A DNA stretch of 62,937 nucleotides, counting the filler, from Cercozoa sp. M6MM (taxonomy: Eukaryota > Protista > Endomyxa: Ascetosporea), in assembly GCA_040357565.1 (NCBI GenBank). It is 13 parts of 13 records of this genome, joined end to end, with 100 filler letters (N's around TTAATTAATTAA, not from the genome) between each part and the next. Parts side by side here need not be neighbours in the genome. Positions count along the whole stretch, not along the records: positions 40,499 to 42,088 come from JBDODJ010001983.1; positions 42,189 to 46,068 come from JBDODJ010001290.1; positions 46,169 to 47,912 come from JBDODJ010001931.1; positions 48,013 to 51,274 come from JBDODJ010001532.1; positions 51,375 to 53,042 come from JBDODJ010001954.1; 8 more parts are not named here. The stretch is one strand, 5' to 3'. The notes beneath the pieces are model-generated. The model was not told where the DNA came from and ran no database searches. It saw only the letters and a list, made by a program, of their open reading frames with translations. Shown one piece after another: positions 40,499 to 53,142 of the stretch. A program made the position numbers and the translations under genes. Every line of letters starts with the position of its first letter. Position 1 is the first letter of the stretch.

Positions 40499-41288
40499 TC
40501 GGCCCAGTGCAGATGCAACAACGACAACAGACCGCGCTCTTGCAGGAACGAGTGCACCTGGGTGGGGGGTAAACAGGGGGGTAGACAGGGGGTAAATAGG
40601 GGGGTAAATAGCGGGGTAAATTGGGTGTTAAATAGGGGGTAAACAGGGGAGTAAATAGGGGGTAAATAGGGAAGTAAACAGTGGGTTAAATACGGGGTTA
40701 AATACGGGGGTAAATGGGGGGTAAACGGGGGGGGGGGATAAGTAGGGGGATACCGTGCGCAAGGGACGCACACAGGTCACGTCGGTCAGTTCGCGCACGT
40801 CCGCGCTGACGCTGTCCTGCAGCGCGTGCAGCAGCTGCGCAGGACAAGGTATACCCCCATGTTTACCCCCCTGCTTACCCCCCTACCCCCCGTACCCACG
40901 CACCTTGCCGTAGCAGTTGCGCAGCGAGTCGGGATTGCGAATCTTGTGACGGCGCGCAACTTCGAAAGCGTCCTGTAGCCTGCACACTTAAAGGGGCGTT
41001 AAGTATGGTACAGATCAAGTGGTACAGATTGGACCAAGTGGTACAGATTGGACCAAGTGGTACAAATGGACCACGGTACCACTCCTCGATTTCGTTGAAG
41101 TTCTGGTGCTGCAGCAGCTCCTGTCCCGTCCTGTGGGAGTCAAGAGGCAAGAGGGGGTACAGAGGGTAAGAGGGGGTAAGAGGGGGTACAGAGGGCAAAG
41201 GGAGGGGGGTAAAACTGCACCTGAAGTCAGCAGCCGTGGCCAAACCGACCAGAATCGAACAGACCTCTTTCAACTCTGGGGGGGGGGG
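40499..41288 (-). CDS. DUF2009/UPF0652 family protein fragment (copy 1)
   Basis: ELKEVCSILVGL...GQELL...LQDAFEVARRHKIRNPDSLRNCYGK|LLHALQDS matches my recollection of the DUF2009 FE.GRR.KI.NP..MR..YGKL motif. Confidence 0.7.
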
Positions 41289-41298
41289 NNNNNNNNNN

Positions 41299-42088
41299 TC
41301 GGCCCAGTGCAGATGCAACAACGACAACAGACCGCGCTCTTGCAGGAACGAGTGCACCTGGGTGGGGGGTAAACAGGGGGGTAGACAGGGGGTAAATAGG
41401 GGGGTAAATAGCGGGGTAAATTGGGTGTTAAATAGGGGGTAAACAGGGGAGTAAATAGGGGGTAAATAGGGAAGTAAACAGTGGGTTAAATACGGGGTTA
41501 AATACGGGGGTAAATGGGGGGTAAACGGGGGGGGGGGATAAGTAGGGGGATACCGTGCGCAAGGGACGCACACAGGTCACGTCGGTCAGTTCGCGCACGT
41601 CCGCGCTGACGCTGTCCTGCAGCGCGTGCAGCAGCTGCGCAGGACAAGGTATACCCCCATGTTTACCCCCCTGCTTACCCCCCTACCCCCCGTACCCACG
41701 CACCTTGCCGTAGCAGTTGCGCAGCGAGTCGGGATTGCGAATCTTGTGACGGCGCGCAACTTCGAAAGCGTCCTGTAGCCTGCACACTTAAAGGGGCGTT
41801 AAGTATGGTACAGATCAAGTGGTACAGATTGGACCAAGTGGTACAGATTGGACCAAGTGGTACAAATGGACCACGGTACCACTCCTCGATTTCGTTGAAG
41901 TTCTGGTGCTGCAGCAGCTCCTGTCCCGTCCTGTGGGAGTCAAGAGGCAAGAGGGGGTACAGAGGGTAAGAGGGGGTAAGAGGGGGTACAGAGGGCAAAG
42001 GGAGGGGGGTAAAACTGCACCTGAAGTCAGCAGCCGTGGCCAAACCGACCAGAATCGAACAGACCTCTTTCAACTCTGGGGGGGGGGG
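41299..42088 (-). repeat. Identical second copy of 40499-41288 (probable assembly artefact)
   Basis: 790-bp duplicate, apparently identical, separated by a 10-N gap. Confidence 0.85.
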
Positions 42089-42188
42089 NNNNNNNNNNNN
42101 NNNNNNNNNNNNNNNNNNNNNNNNNNNNNNNNTTAATTAATTAANNNNNNNNNNNNNNNNNNNNNNNNNNNNNNNNNNNNNNNNNNNN

Positions 42189-42236
<48 letters not shown>

Positions 42237-42239
42237 TGA

Positions 42240-43129
42240 CGCAGGGACGAGTGGTCGCAGAAGATTTCGGCGGCGTCGCGACAGGAGCGCCCGGCGCTGA
42301 TCACGCAGCTGGCGACGTTGCAGGTCGGCAGCAGTGTTGAGGAAACGACTGCCGTCGATGTCAGTGTCGATATTGACATCGAACACAGCGCCACGCGTCG
42401 TCTTTGTGTCGAAGCTGTCGAACTGTGGCTGCGTTGCTACGCTTCCGTCATCGGCGACACGGCACTGCGGTACACGCGTCTTATCTTCGCCCTCTCTGTG
42501 TCTGTATTTGTGCGTTACATGTGTCATCTGTAGAACTTGGTGCCGCGGTGGCATCTATGTTGCTGTACGCTCTCCCTGTGTCTTGTTGTGTTCCTTTAGT
42601 GTCTACCCTATGCATGCACAGGGCGGTATTGCAGCCAAGTTGTCGCACCTTCTTCGTCGCAGAAGCTTCTTCTCGGTAAATGCATATGTCTGTATGGGAC
42701 GTCTTTGTATTTGACATCCAGGCATGGGTGCTTATGCAGGACATTTGCGACAAGGGCAGGTTCGGAGGCTACCTGAAACAATTCCCTGTGGTACACCAGT
42801 GAGTCTCCAATATATCGATCCGACAGGTTGTATCCATGGTCACACACTGTAGTACTTGGTGACCACCGAGTCGGTGGGTCTGCTTGGAGCACGTGCCATT
42901 GCTCGCCGACGTTTGTGTGTCATTGCGCCGCCTGAGCCATCGAAGCCCCTGCTGTCATTGCAGGTACACACTGCCATCCAGTAACTTCCTGTGGTTAGCT
43001 GACTTGATCCTTTTGCGTGCCTAGAGCAAGAAGCTGCTGGCGCAGGTGGCGCTCGTGGCATCAGGAGTCGCCGCTGCTCTCGTTTTGGCGCAGCGCACTT
43101 CCGGAGACGCGTCATCTCGCCACGATTGA
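42240..43129 (+). CDS. Bacterial-type (Glk family) glucokinase, C-terminal part, with hydrophobic tail
   Basis: AVELWLRCYASVIGDTAL|TWCRGGIYVA|GGIAAKL, DKGRFGGYLKQFPV|YLVTTESVGLLGA, then LLAQVALVASGVAAALVLAQR...HD*. Confidence 0.82.
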
Positions 43130-43445
43130 ATGACTAACCGCGCAACACAACCCACATGTCACATTAGCACCCTGCCTCGATTGAATGTTTGAAACATGAC
43201 TCAGTTTAGTGCACTTTTATGAGAAAAAAACCGATACGAGACCGTTTTTTTTTTTGTTCCAAAACCGAGACCATGTCGGTCCTAGGCCTGCTGTCGGTCG
43301 GTCAAGGGCTTGCTGTCACGTTTTTTGTTGCTGATCTCATTCAGTTGATAGCGAGCGGAGCAATTTTTTATATTTACGTTTAACTTGCTGGCGTAATCTA
43401 GTAATGCCGACAGTGCTTACGGCATGTCCGGGTAGAGCAGTCGCA

Positions 43446-43665
43446 TTACGGTGGCGCGTGAGGCAGCTTCGCTTCCTGCAGTATTACTGAACTGTACACA
43501 TTGCAAGCAGCGAACTGAAAGAACTGCACACCAGAGTGAAAGTAGGGGTGCTGCAGCGCCTGCGCCGCCGTGAGTCGCCGTGACGGACACAGACCTAAGC
43601 TCATACAGACATGAGTCAAGACAGAGGGTAAACACACCCCGTGAGTGTGTGTGTATGTGTGTGTG

Positions 43666-43738
<73 letters not shown>

Positions 43739-45225
43739 AACAAAGTCGCCGGAACAAGTCGACAGCGGTTGGTTCCGCTGCTGCAAACAGCGCTCGCAAA
43801 TCGGTGCCCTCATTACTCTGTTCCCAAGAAGAATAAAAAACTGAGGCAGGCAGAGGAAGAAAAACCGAAAGTCACTACCTCAAACTCTAAAAACTGCGGC
43901 AGTTCAGTCGCGTTCTACCAAAACAGCACTTTGATCGAGACACAACAGCAACACAAAAGCAAGGGCAATACGGGCCAGGTGTCTGGAGTTGGTGTTCCAA
44001 CGACTGAGAAAATTCGCGTCAACTGGTCAAGCTCAGACTTGCCTGCCACCCCAAAGCATCAACGACAAGTCGACAGATATATAGCGTACACACACACCCG
44101 GAAAGATGGGCTGTCGCAGTATCATTTCGCCCAAGACAGCGCCCTTCGCAGGCAAGAAGGAAAGTGGACACACACCCACACACACACCCAGTATAGTGCC
44201 AGAGTACGACACTCCACATGTCGGCAGCAGGCCCGTAACTGCGTGCACCGAACAGGAGCTCGGGCGCACGGTACCATAGCGTGCAGGCCTGCGGCGACAT
44301 CTTGCCCCTGTGTCTCTCGCCTGTCGCGTACTGCACAAGCACGCCAGAGTACATTATATATATATATATTTATATATTCACATAGATATATAGATAAATA
44401 AATACACACAGACTCAATATGATTAAGGAAAGCAAGAGTGAGAGACCTCTCTGGCGAGACCGAAATCCGCGAGCAGCACCTCTCCCGTATGTGCACTAAG
44501 AAGAACGTTGCTCGGCTTGATATCGCGGTGTAGTACGTATCGTTGGTGACAGTGGTTCTGTGTGTGAATTTGTATCGTTCCATTCCTTTCCATCAGTCAA
44601 TAGGAAAAGCCGAGAGACAAAGGAGTACAATGGCTTGCAGTAGCTGAAGCATCCAGGCCTTAAGGATCGATGCCTGCAGCTGCGGGTAGCGCGACACGTT
44701 GCGAGTGACCTGAGCACATGTGCACTTAGTCGAGTGACAAAGAAAGAGACATGAGAAAGGATTGAACCTGCTGCAAATCGCCGTGCGCAATCGGCATCAC
44801 GACATGCAGCGCACTCTCGAACACAAAGGCATCCAACAGCGGCATCACCTACGACGTGATCGACAGCTTTCACAACCGTAGCCAAATCAGACACAGTGAC
44901 CAACACTACATGCTTGTGAGACAACTCTCGCATGTGCTGAAGTTCTCGGATGGCCTGAAAGCAAATTTAAGCTGACTAAGGCAGGCAAAGCAACCCCCAA
45001 GAAAGCTACCTCTCGATCGATGCCGTTGCCACCGCCGATCTTGACATTGATACGCTTAATTGCGACTTCCTTGTACTTTTCAATGTCCTCCAGTTCCTCC
45101 GCTGTTTCTGTCGTGCTTGGGCCGCCGATGAAGGCACTGATCCGCGCGGACGAGGTCACCTCAGCGCGGAGTACCTTACCTTGGCCACCTTCGCCCAACT
45201 GCTCACGAATTTTATAGCTTTCCAT
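43446..45225 (-). CDS. CDK7/CDK20-type cyclin-dependent kinase
   Basis: [18 protein letters not shown]|[63 protein letters not shown] and [14 protein letters not shown]. Confidence 0.9.
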
Positions 45226-45421
45226 GACAGCAAACACAGTTCAAATCCGTTCACGTGTGTGTCGACACGCTCTGAGGTTTAAGAGACACATTTTATTGCT
45301 GCACCCTTAATCATGGGGTTCCGGCAAGAAAGAGCCAAGATATCGCAGCACAGCGGACCTGTAGATATTTTGGCACTCTATATACTTATTGAAGTGTATT
45401 TGCACAACTGTGGACACAGAT

Positions 45422-45910
45422 ATGTCTCGTTTTCGATCACCGACTCGGGCCAGGTAGACTCGATATTTTGCAGCCTTTCATTATTCTTGTTGCATCCGAG
45501 GGGCACAGGGATAAGCTGCCCCGGAAAACCACGCTAGTCGCTGTGCTGTACCGATTTTCTCCAACATAGGTCAACTGTACGCAGGCGAAGGTAGGAGTTT
45601 ACTTCTTGATAGACTCCTGCTGACGGGAGTCGCGTTCACAATTGCGTCGCTTGTTGTTCTGTCTCGGCACGGTGCACGTGAGGTACCTTCATTACTGTAA
45701 AGCCCTCGTATTCAGGGAGTATGCGTATGTAGATGATTCCGTACGCGTCGCTGGCTGGCGTTTGTCTGCTTCCGGGTACGACTGGTGTTGCCTCATTCGT
45801 CTGCATGATGTGTGGCTTCTGTAGGCGCCTATGCATCCACGGTGATTGTTCGGACACTTTTGGGTCATCGCGGATACTCGTACGACTTACTGCCATCCTA
45901 CGATGATTAG
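45422..45910 (+). CDS. TMEM230: TMEM230/TMEM134-family small membrane protein (5 exons, ~89 aa, absent from the ORF track)
   Basis: Spliced: MSRFRSPTRARDKLPRKTTLVAVLLLLTGVAFTIASLVVLSRHGAREMIPYASLAGVCLLPGAYASTVIVRTLLGHRGYSYDLLPSYDD*, with donors at 45454, 45548, 45683 and 45776. Confidence 0.85.
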
Positions 45911-46168
45911 GCCACGAGTTTAACTGGCGATTGACATTCCAATCTTACTCTTAACCTGACAGGAACGTGAGCTCAGAGTTTTTGTGGATATGTCAGCAAA
46001 AATTAGGCACTACGAACTTTAAGTCCGCTGGTCGTCGTTTTAGTCTTTTCCTTGTACCCACCCCCCCCNNNNNNNNNNNNNNNNNNNNNNNNNNNNNNNN
46101 NNNNNNNNNNNNTTAATTAATTAANNNNNNNNNNNNNNNNNNNNNNNNNNNNNNNNNNNNNNNNNNNN

Positions 46169-47850
46169 GGGGGGGGGGGGGGCGGGTAAACACGCTGAAG
46201 GCGCACTAGACTCACCTGATCCTCATCGAAGCGCAGACGAGTGGACACGGCGTCCAGCTGCGCCTGCTGTCGCTGCTCGCGGCGGAAGGCGGCTGGCGAC
46301 GTCAGCAGCAACTGTAGATACCGATAACATACGGTACAGATCGACGGTACGGGTAGACATATGTACAAGGTACCGCACGAGACAAACGCGCGTGTGTTGC
46401 CGCATCGTCTACAATACAGATATATCTCGATGTCCCATGGTGACCTCCCTTTCACGTACCAGGCGTAGCCGGCAGCGAGTCCTGCCGCCGGTGCTGCTGG
46501 TGTCGCGTGCCGCTGCCACCGCTGGCGTGCCTCGCCGACCGCGTGCGCGCACTCAGCGGCGTCGTCGGCTCGTGTGGCGCCAACGGCGGCGCCTGTCCCT
46601 GCAGCTGAAAGCGCCGCGAGAAACGGAAGTCGTACACCAGACGGAGTCGCCGTCGATCGGCCTGTATCACGGGGCAAGAGGTAAAGAAAAAGGTTAAGGG
46701 AGCGTGGGAGGGGATCACAGTCTCGGTCGCGTCCAACGTCCAGCGACGCGACGAAGCGTTCGTCGGCAGCAGCTTTTCCAGTGCGGTGCTGCGTCGCAGT
46801 CTGTCACACAGGGGTAAGCGAGGGGTGAAAGGGGTATGTATAGGAGAGAACTTACTGGCGCCAAAGGGTGCGCACGAGGTACTCCTCGTGCTCGCGAACG
46901 ACACTACGCCGAGTCTCACGTCGTCGGTCCTGACGCAGCACTCGCACGGCGCACTTCTTGCCTGCAAAAGTCACAGGGGTCCAAGGGGGGTAAGGCAAGG
47001 AAAGGGTAGCGAGGGAGGCACCAGTCATGTCGGCATCAGCAAGAGCTATCTGTGCCTGCATGGAGATGTCGTCCAGTTGGAGCGCAATGTCTCTGAGTGC
47101 ACATGTGTCATATGGTACTGTATGAACACGTGTCACAAGGGATAATACCGCGACTGCTGCAGTCGGTGCGCACGGTGCAGGTGCCACTCATCGCTGCATT
47201 GCATGTAGGCCGGCACGTGGGCCACCAGCACCATGTCGTCCTCGCCTACAAGAATGGGGTAAAGGGCAGGCCGGGGGGGGGGGGGGGGGCCCCCCCCATC
47301 GCACAGAAACTAACGGTACCAACGGTGGGATCCAGACCCGTGTCATCGTCGCGGCGATACAGCAGCTGCGTGACACTGCGCGTGACAGTGTCCAGTTGCT
47401 GCCAGTCCACGTGCTCCTGCGGACTGTCCGGCAGCTCGCCTGAGTGAGGGACGGTCTCGCTGCCGGAGGGTCGGTCACTCTGCTCGCCCGAGTCATCATT
47501 GTTGGCACGTGCGTGAGTGTGCAGAGCGACGCCAATGTCCACTGGCTCCATTGAGTCGAACAGCAGCGTCCTCCGCGCGGACTCGAGCGACGATCGGCGC
47601 GATGCGCTGGCCGAGACCACCGGCGACGCCACCGCCGCCAGCGCCTGGCCGCACTCCTGCCGCGCGTCAAAGTCATCCCTACGCGTGGGTGCGTATGTGA
47701 GTGAGAGGTCAAGGAACTCAGGTCGGGCACCAAGACAATACAAGAGGCTAAAGCACAGGGACACACCTGAAGTCGAACAGCGAGTACAGCGTGGCCACCA
47801 GTGCAGTGTCACGATGCAACAGCATTGGCACGATGTGCGCCTGCACCCAC
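46169..47850 (-). CDS. Internal fragment of a probable BEACH-family (neurobeachin-like) protein
   Basis: RWTLDATET|ADRRRLRLVYDFRF resembles the W.LD.TE...R.R.RL motif upstream of PH-BEACH. The BEACH domain itself is not in the contig. Confidence 0.5.
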
Positions 47851-47853
47851 TCG

Positions 47854-47912
<59 letters not shown>

Positions 47913-48012
47913 NNNNNNNNNNNNNNNNNNNNNNNNNNNNNNNNNNNNNNNNNNNNTTAATTAATTAANNNNNNNNNNNNNNNNNNNNNNNNNNNNNNNN
48001 NNNNNNNNNNNN

Positions 48013-51000
48013 ACCGCGGCACACCTGTGAAACGCCACCTGGGGAAGGGGGGTAAAGACTGGCAGCGCGGACTGGTGGCACTGGCTGCCGACGACGGCGT
48101 CTTTGGCGCGCACGCCGAGACGCTCTACGAGTAGCTTTACCCCCCTAACCCGCTGCCTGTCTTTACCCCCCTTCCCCAGGTGGCGTTTCACAGGTGTGCC
48201 GCGGTGGCGCCGCGTGGAGACGCGCGTGCGTCGACTGCGCGCCATGGCGGCCGACGACGACGCCGACCAGGTGGCGTGCTTCTTCGACGACGACAGCACT
48301 GACGGTTGCACTGGTTGCATGGACGACGATAGTGACGGTGTCAGTGACCACATGAGTGACCACGCGACTGGTGACCACATGAGTGACCACGTGACGAACC
48401 ACGTGACCGACGAGGAGCGACTGGACGCGTTCTACCTGTCGCGTGTGCTGCAGTGGCGTCGCTTCGACCGACGGGTACCGTCCGTTTGTACCACATGTGT
48501 CCTGTCCGTATGTAGCCACATGTGTACCAGGTACTGTACGCCGTGCTGTCCAAGTGGTCGCCTGTGCTGGCACGTGCGCTGCTGTCGCACAACGAGAGTT
48601 TCCCGACGGCCGCCGAGGCGACTCAGCTGGCGCAGCAGCTGCCCGACTGCGTGGCTGCGCGCGCACGTGCCACCGTACTGATCCCTGAGTGACCACCCGT
48701 GATCTCTGACTGATCAACCGAGTGACTGACGGTGCGTAGGAACACGAGGCCGCTGCCATGGCCAGTGCGCTCGATGCCGCCACGGTGGCGCAGCTTCGCG
48801 CGCGCGTGCGCCGCCGCCAGCGACTCGAGCAGCGCCGACTCATGGTAGGTCCCTCCCCTGACCCTATCCCTTACCCCCTACCTACCCCTGACCCTACCCT
48901 GCCCCTACCCTACCCCTACCCTACCCTACCCTACCCTACCCCTACCCCCCCCCCCCAGTGGCGCACGCTGCTGCGCGAGCTGTGCAGTGAGGCGGCGGCG
49001 GCGGCGCGCGTGGAAGCTCTGTGCGCGCAGGCCGGGGAGGGCGTGGTGCTGGCGGCGTCGCGAGGCGGCGTGTCGGCCCTGCGGCAGGCGGCGGCGGCCG
49101 AGTCGCTGGCACTGGCGGCACTGTCGCCGACCGTGCATGCGGCACAGGCACTCACGCACCGGCTGCAGCGTCGCGTCCTCGTGAACGACGGCGATGCTAC
49201 TGATCTCTTGGACACTGATGATGTCGAGGACGGCTTGGACGGTTTGGAAGGTGCCAGAGGTACCACGGACGGTGTGGACGGTTCGGACGGCACCAGTGGT
49301 ATCAAGGGCGCCGTGCTGGAGCTGCTGCAGTCGGCGCTGCCGTCGGACGCGGCCGCCGCTGCTGTCGCTGTCGCTGCTGCCGCACTGCGCATGCACGTGC
49401 TCAGTGACACCGTCGCCAGTGACACCAGTGGCTACTCTGACCTGATCGATCAACTCACGCGCCGTCTGACACCGTCGCAGTTGGTACACTACCCCCACCC
49501 CTACCCCCTAGCTTGTAGCCTACTCCTACCCCCCGTAGTCGCACGGTGTGGCCACGTGCCTGCAGCTGTGTGAGGCGACGGTGCCGGTGCGCAAGGGACC
49601 GTCACTGTGGCAGCACGTGGCCACGGACACGGTGTGCGCCAGTGTGACGGCGCGCCATGTGCTGCTGCGCGCTTTGCGCGCGCTGTGTCTCGCCGTGCGC
49701 GGCCGCGTGGCTCTGGTACCTTTCCGCCCCCCCCCCATATCTCGCTTTACCTCCTACCCCCCGACGAGTAGGACAGCGAGACGCAGGGCGACTTTGCGCT
49801 GACGTCGCGACACGTGTCGCTGGAGACGCAGTTCGCACGCGCCAGTGCGCTACTGCGCGGCGACGCGGCCGTGCTGCGCGGTCACTCGGTGTCCGCGCGG
49901 ACTGCGGGGTCCGGGTCCGCGAGGTCCGGGTCCGCGGGGTCCTTCTGGTCAGGCCGGCCGCACTTCGATGCCGCCGCCTTCGTCGTGCCGGCGCTGCTGC
50001 TGCATGTCAGTGCGTTGCCCCTATATACCCTCGCCTCCCCCTTACCCCCCCCCCCTCCCGCAGACACGCCGGTAAAGACGCTGCGCATGCAGAGCGAAAG
50101 CGACGCGTTCCATGTCGCACTGGCTGCCAGGTAGTCCAACCGCAGCCTTAAGAGACACTGCTCCTTTAAGCATAACAGACCCTTAATTAACGCTCTCTTA
50201 ATTATTCACAGGTCGAATCGGCACGCGCAGGAGACGGCGCTGTGGCAGGCCTTGCTGTCCGAGTCGCTGCTGCGGCCCTGGCAGTCGCCGCGTCTGTGGC
50301 TACTCCGACTGGTACAGTCTATATGTGTTCAGTCCGTGTCCATGTGTACCGTCCATGTGTACCCTTTGCTGTCCATATGTACCGTTTGTACGGACAGGAG
50401 GCACTGGTGCGACACGAACCGTCGGTGGATGCACTGACTCGCGCCAGCGACGAGATGACCACGCTGCTCCGCGCTGATGCGTGCTCGCCGTGGCTGATGC
50501 GCCGCCTGTCCGCGCTGACGCAGGATGCTCCGCGCGGAGCACTGCCGCTTCCGCTCGCGCTGCTGGCGCGCTTGCTGGCGCTGCAGGTACCCGCACCCTT
50601 ACCCTCCTTTACCCCCGACCCTCCTACTCCCCTTACCCCCCCCCCTTTCCCCCCCTCCCCTCCGACAGGTGCTGCAGCGAAGCAGCGAGCGCGCGGTTCA
50701 CGAGGCGACGGTTCGCGTGGCTCAGACGGCGCTGGAGGAGATGCGACACGCCGTGCGCACGGTGACACTGTCCGCGCGGAACACAGTGTCACTGGAGGAG
50801 TCTCCGCGCGGACAGCAGGAAGGTCAGATGGAGGGTCAGACGCGGGTACAGGTGTCGCTGCAGGAGACGCGGCCCGACGTGCGGCACGCACTGCTGACGC
50901 GGTGCTTTGTGTCTGCGCTGGCACTCGGCGACACCGCCGCCGCGCTGGACGCTGTGCGACGCACGTCGTAGTTTTGCCCTCTCTTTACCCCCTCCCCCAT

Positions 51001-51274
51001 TTACCCCCTATTATCATCCTAGTTATACCCCTATTTTGGCCCCTCTTTGCCCCCCTATTTTACCTCTGTTTACCCCGCTATTTGTCTCCCAATTGTGACC
51101 CTTATTTATTTTAGCTTTACCCTGTTTACCCCCCTATTTACCCCTGTTTATACCCTCTATTTTTATTAGTATTTACCCCTATTTTAACCGTCCCATTTAC
51201 TGCCCAATTTAACCCCCCCCCCCGTTTACTCCCCTCTGTCTGGAGCAGAGGCAGCGCGCGGCGTGCGCCGTTGC
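48013..51274 (+). CDS. Large alpha-helical protein fragment, possibly Nup160-like
   Basis: GC-rich exons separated by C-rich introns. VRVAQTALEE...LLTRCFVSALALGDTAAALDAV loosely resembles the Nup160 helical repeat. Coding status is clear; identity is weak. Confidence 0.35.
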
Positions 51275-51374
51275 NNNNNNNNNNNNNNNNNNNNNNNNNN
51301 NNNNNNNNNNNNNNNNNNTTAATTAATTAANNNNNNNNNNNNNNNNNNNNNNNNNNNNNNNNNNNNNNNNNNNN

Positions 51375-52203
51375 CCCCCCCCTACCCCACCCCTTACCCT
51401 CCTCTTACCCCTCCTCGACAGGCATCGAAGAAACTCGGTCTGGATCGCGCCGTTCTCGGTCAGGTGGCTAGCCCTCCTCGCATCGCGCCCTTAATAACAC
51501 AGATATATGAGACCACGCCCCCTTAATAAAGTGTGCGTGTGTACGCCCCCTTAACTATATGCAGGTGGAGAAGGGCGCCGATCGCGGGCACGACAGCAGC
51601 AAGAGCGGCACGCTGTCGAAACTGGACGCCGGCGCCGTCGAGGCGCTGCTCAAGTACGGCGCCTACGACATCCTGCACGGCAGCGACGAGGTGCCTCCCT
51701 TTACCCCCCGGCCCCGCGGCCCCCTTCCCCCCCCCCCCCCCGAGCAGGAAGCCAAGTCGTTCTGTGAGGCGACGATCGAGGACATCCTGGAGAACCGGTC
51801 GACCGAGATGCTGACGGACTCGGTACCACTTGCACACACGTGCACGTGGTCAGTGAGACACGTGGTCAGTGAGACACGTGGCCACTGGGGCACGTGGTCA
51901 GTGAGACACGTGACTGGATGTGACTGAGTGTGTAGTCGACGGGTGCCACGTCGTTCAGCAAGGTGACCTTCAGCAGTGCTCAGAGCGGTCACGTCGACCT
52001 CAACGCCGCCGACTTCTGGGACCAGGTGTGTCTTACCCCCTACCCCCCTACCCCCCTACCCCCCCTACCCCCCTTTACCCCCCCTACCCCCAGGTGATGC
52101 CGGACGAAAAGGCGCCGTCGAAGCTGCTGGAGCGTCTGCAGGAACAGATCGACAAGGCGCGTCTCGGTGGTGGTACTTCGAGACTCTCTCTCTCTCTCTC
52201 TCG
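51375..52203 (+). CDS. CHD6-9/Kismet-like chromatin remodeler fragment, post-helicase region (copy 1)
   Basis: ASKKLGLDRAVLGQ, VEALLKYGAYDIL...AKSFCEATIEDILENRS and SFSKVTF...DLNAADFWDQ. Confidence 0.85.
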
Positions 52204-52213
52204 NNNNNNNNNN

Positions 52214-53042
52214 CCCCCCCCTACCCCACCCCTTACCCTCCTCTTACCCCTCCTCGACAGGCATCGAAGAAACTCGGTCTGGATCGCGCCGTTCTCGGTC
52301 AGGTGGCTAGCCCTCCTCGCATCGCGCCCTTAATAACACAGATATATGAGACCACGCCCCCTTAATAAAGTGTGCGTGTGTACGCCCCCTTAACTATATG
52401 CAGGTGGAGAAGGGCGCCGATCGCGGGCACGACAGCAGCAAGAGCGGCACGCTGTCGAAACTGGACGCCGGCGCCGTCGAGGCGCTGCTCAAGTACGGCG
52501 CCTACGACATCCTGCACGGCAGCGACGAGGTGCCTCCCTTTACCCCCCGGCCCCGCGGCCCCCTTCCCCCCCCCCCCCCCGAGCAGGAAGCCAAGTCGTT
52601 CTGTGAGGCGACGATCGAGGACATCCTGGAGAACCGGTCGACCGAGATGCTGACGGACTCGGTACCACTTGCACACACGTGCACGTGGTCAGTGAGACAC
52701 GTGGTCAGTGAGACACGTGGCCACTGGGGCACGTGGTCAGTGAGACACGTGACTGGATGTGACTGAGTGTGTAGTCGACGGGTGCCACGTCGTTCAGCAA
52801 GGTGACCTTCAGCAGTGCTCAGAGCGGTCACGTCGACCTCAACGCCGCCGACTTCTGGGACCAGGTGTGTCTTACCCCCTACCCCCCTACCCCCCTACCC
52901 CCCCTACCCCCCTTTACCCCCCCTACCCCCAGGTGATGCCGGACGAAAAGGCGCCGTCGAAGCTGCTGGAGCGTCTGCAGGAACAGATCGACAAGGCGCG
53001 TCTCGGTGGTGGTACTTCGAGACTCTCTCTCTCTCTCTCTCG
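52214..53042 (+). repeat. Identical second copy of 51375-52203 (probable assembly artefact)
   Basis: Duplicate across a 10-N gap. Confidence 0.85.
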
Positions 53043-53142
53043 NNNNNNNNNNNNNNNNNNNNNNNNNNNNNNNNNNNNNNNNNNNNTTAATTAATTAANN
53101 NNNNNNNNNNNNNNNNNNNNNNNNNNNNNNNNNNNNNNNNNN

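Noticed and set aside
41005-41075. 19-nt repeats as a possible CRISPR array
   Set aside because: Head-to-tail with no spacers, inside an intron, and no cas genes.
40499-42088. Apparent 790-bp tandem duplication
   Set aside because: Copies look identical even in introns, are separated by 10 Ns and end at poly-G; most likely a scaffolding artefact.
51375-53042. Apparent tandem duplication of CHD exons
   Set aside because: Same artefact signature: identical copies, a 10-N gap and low-complexity ends.
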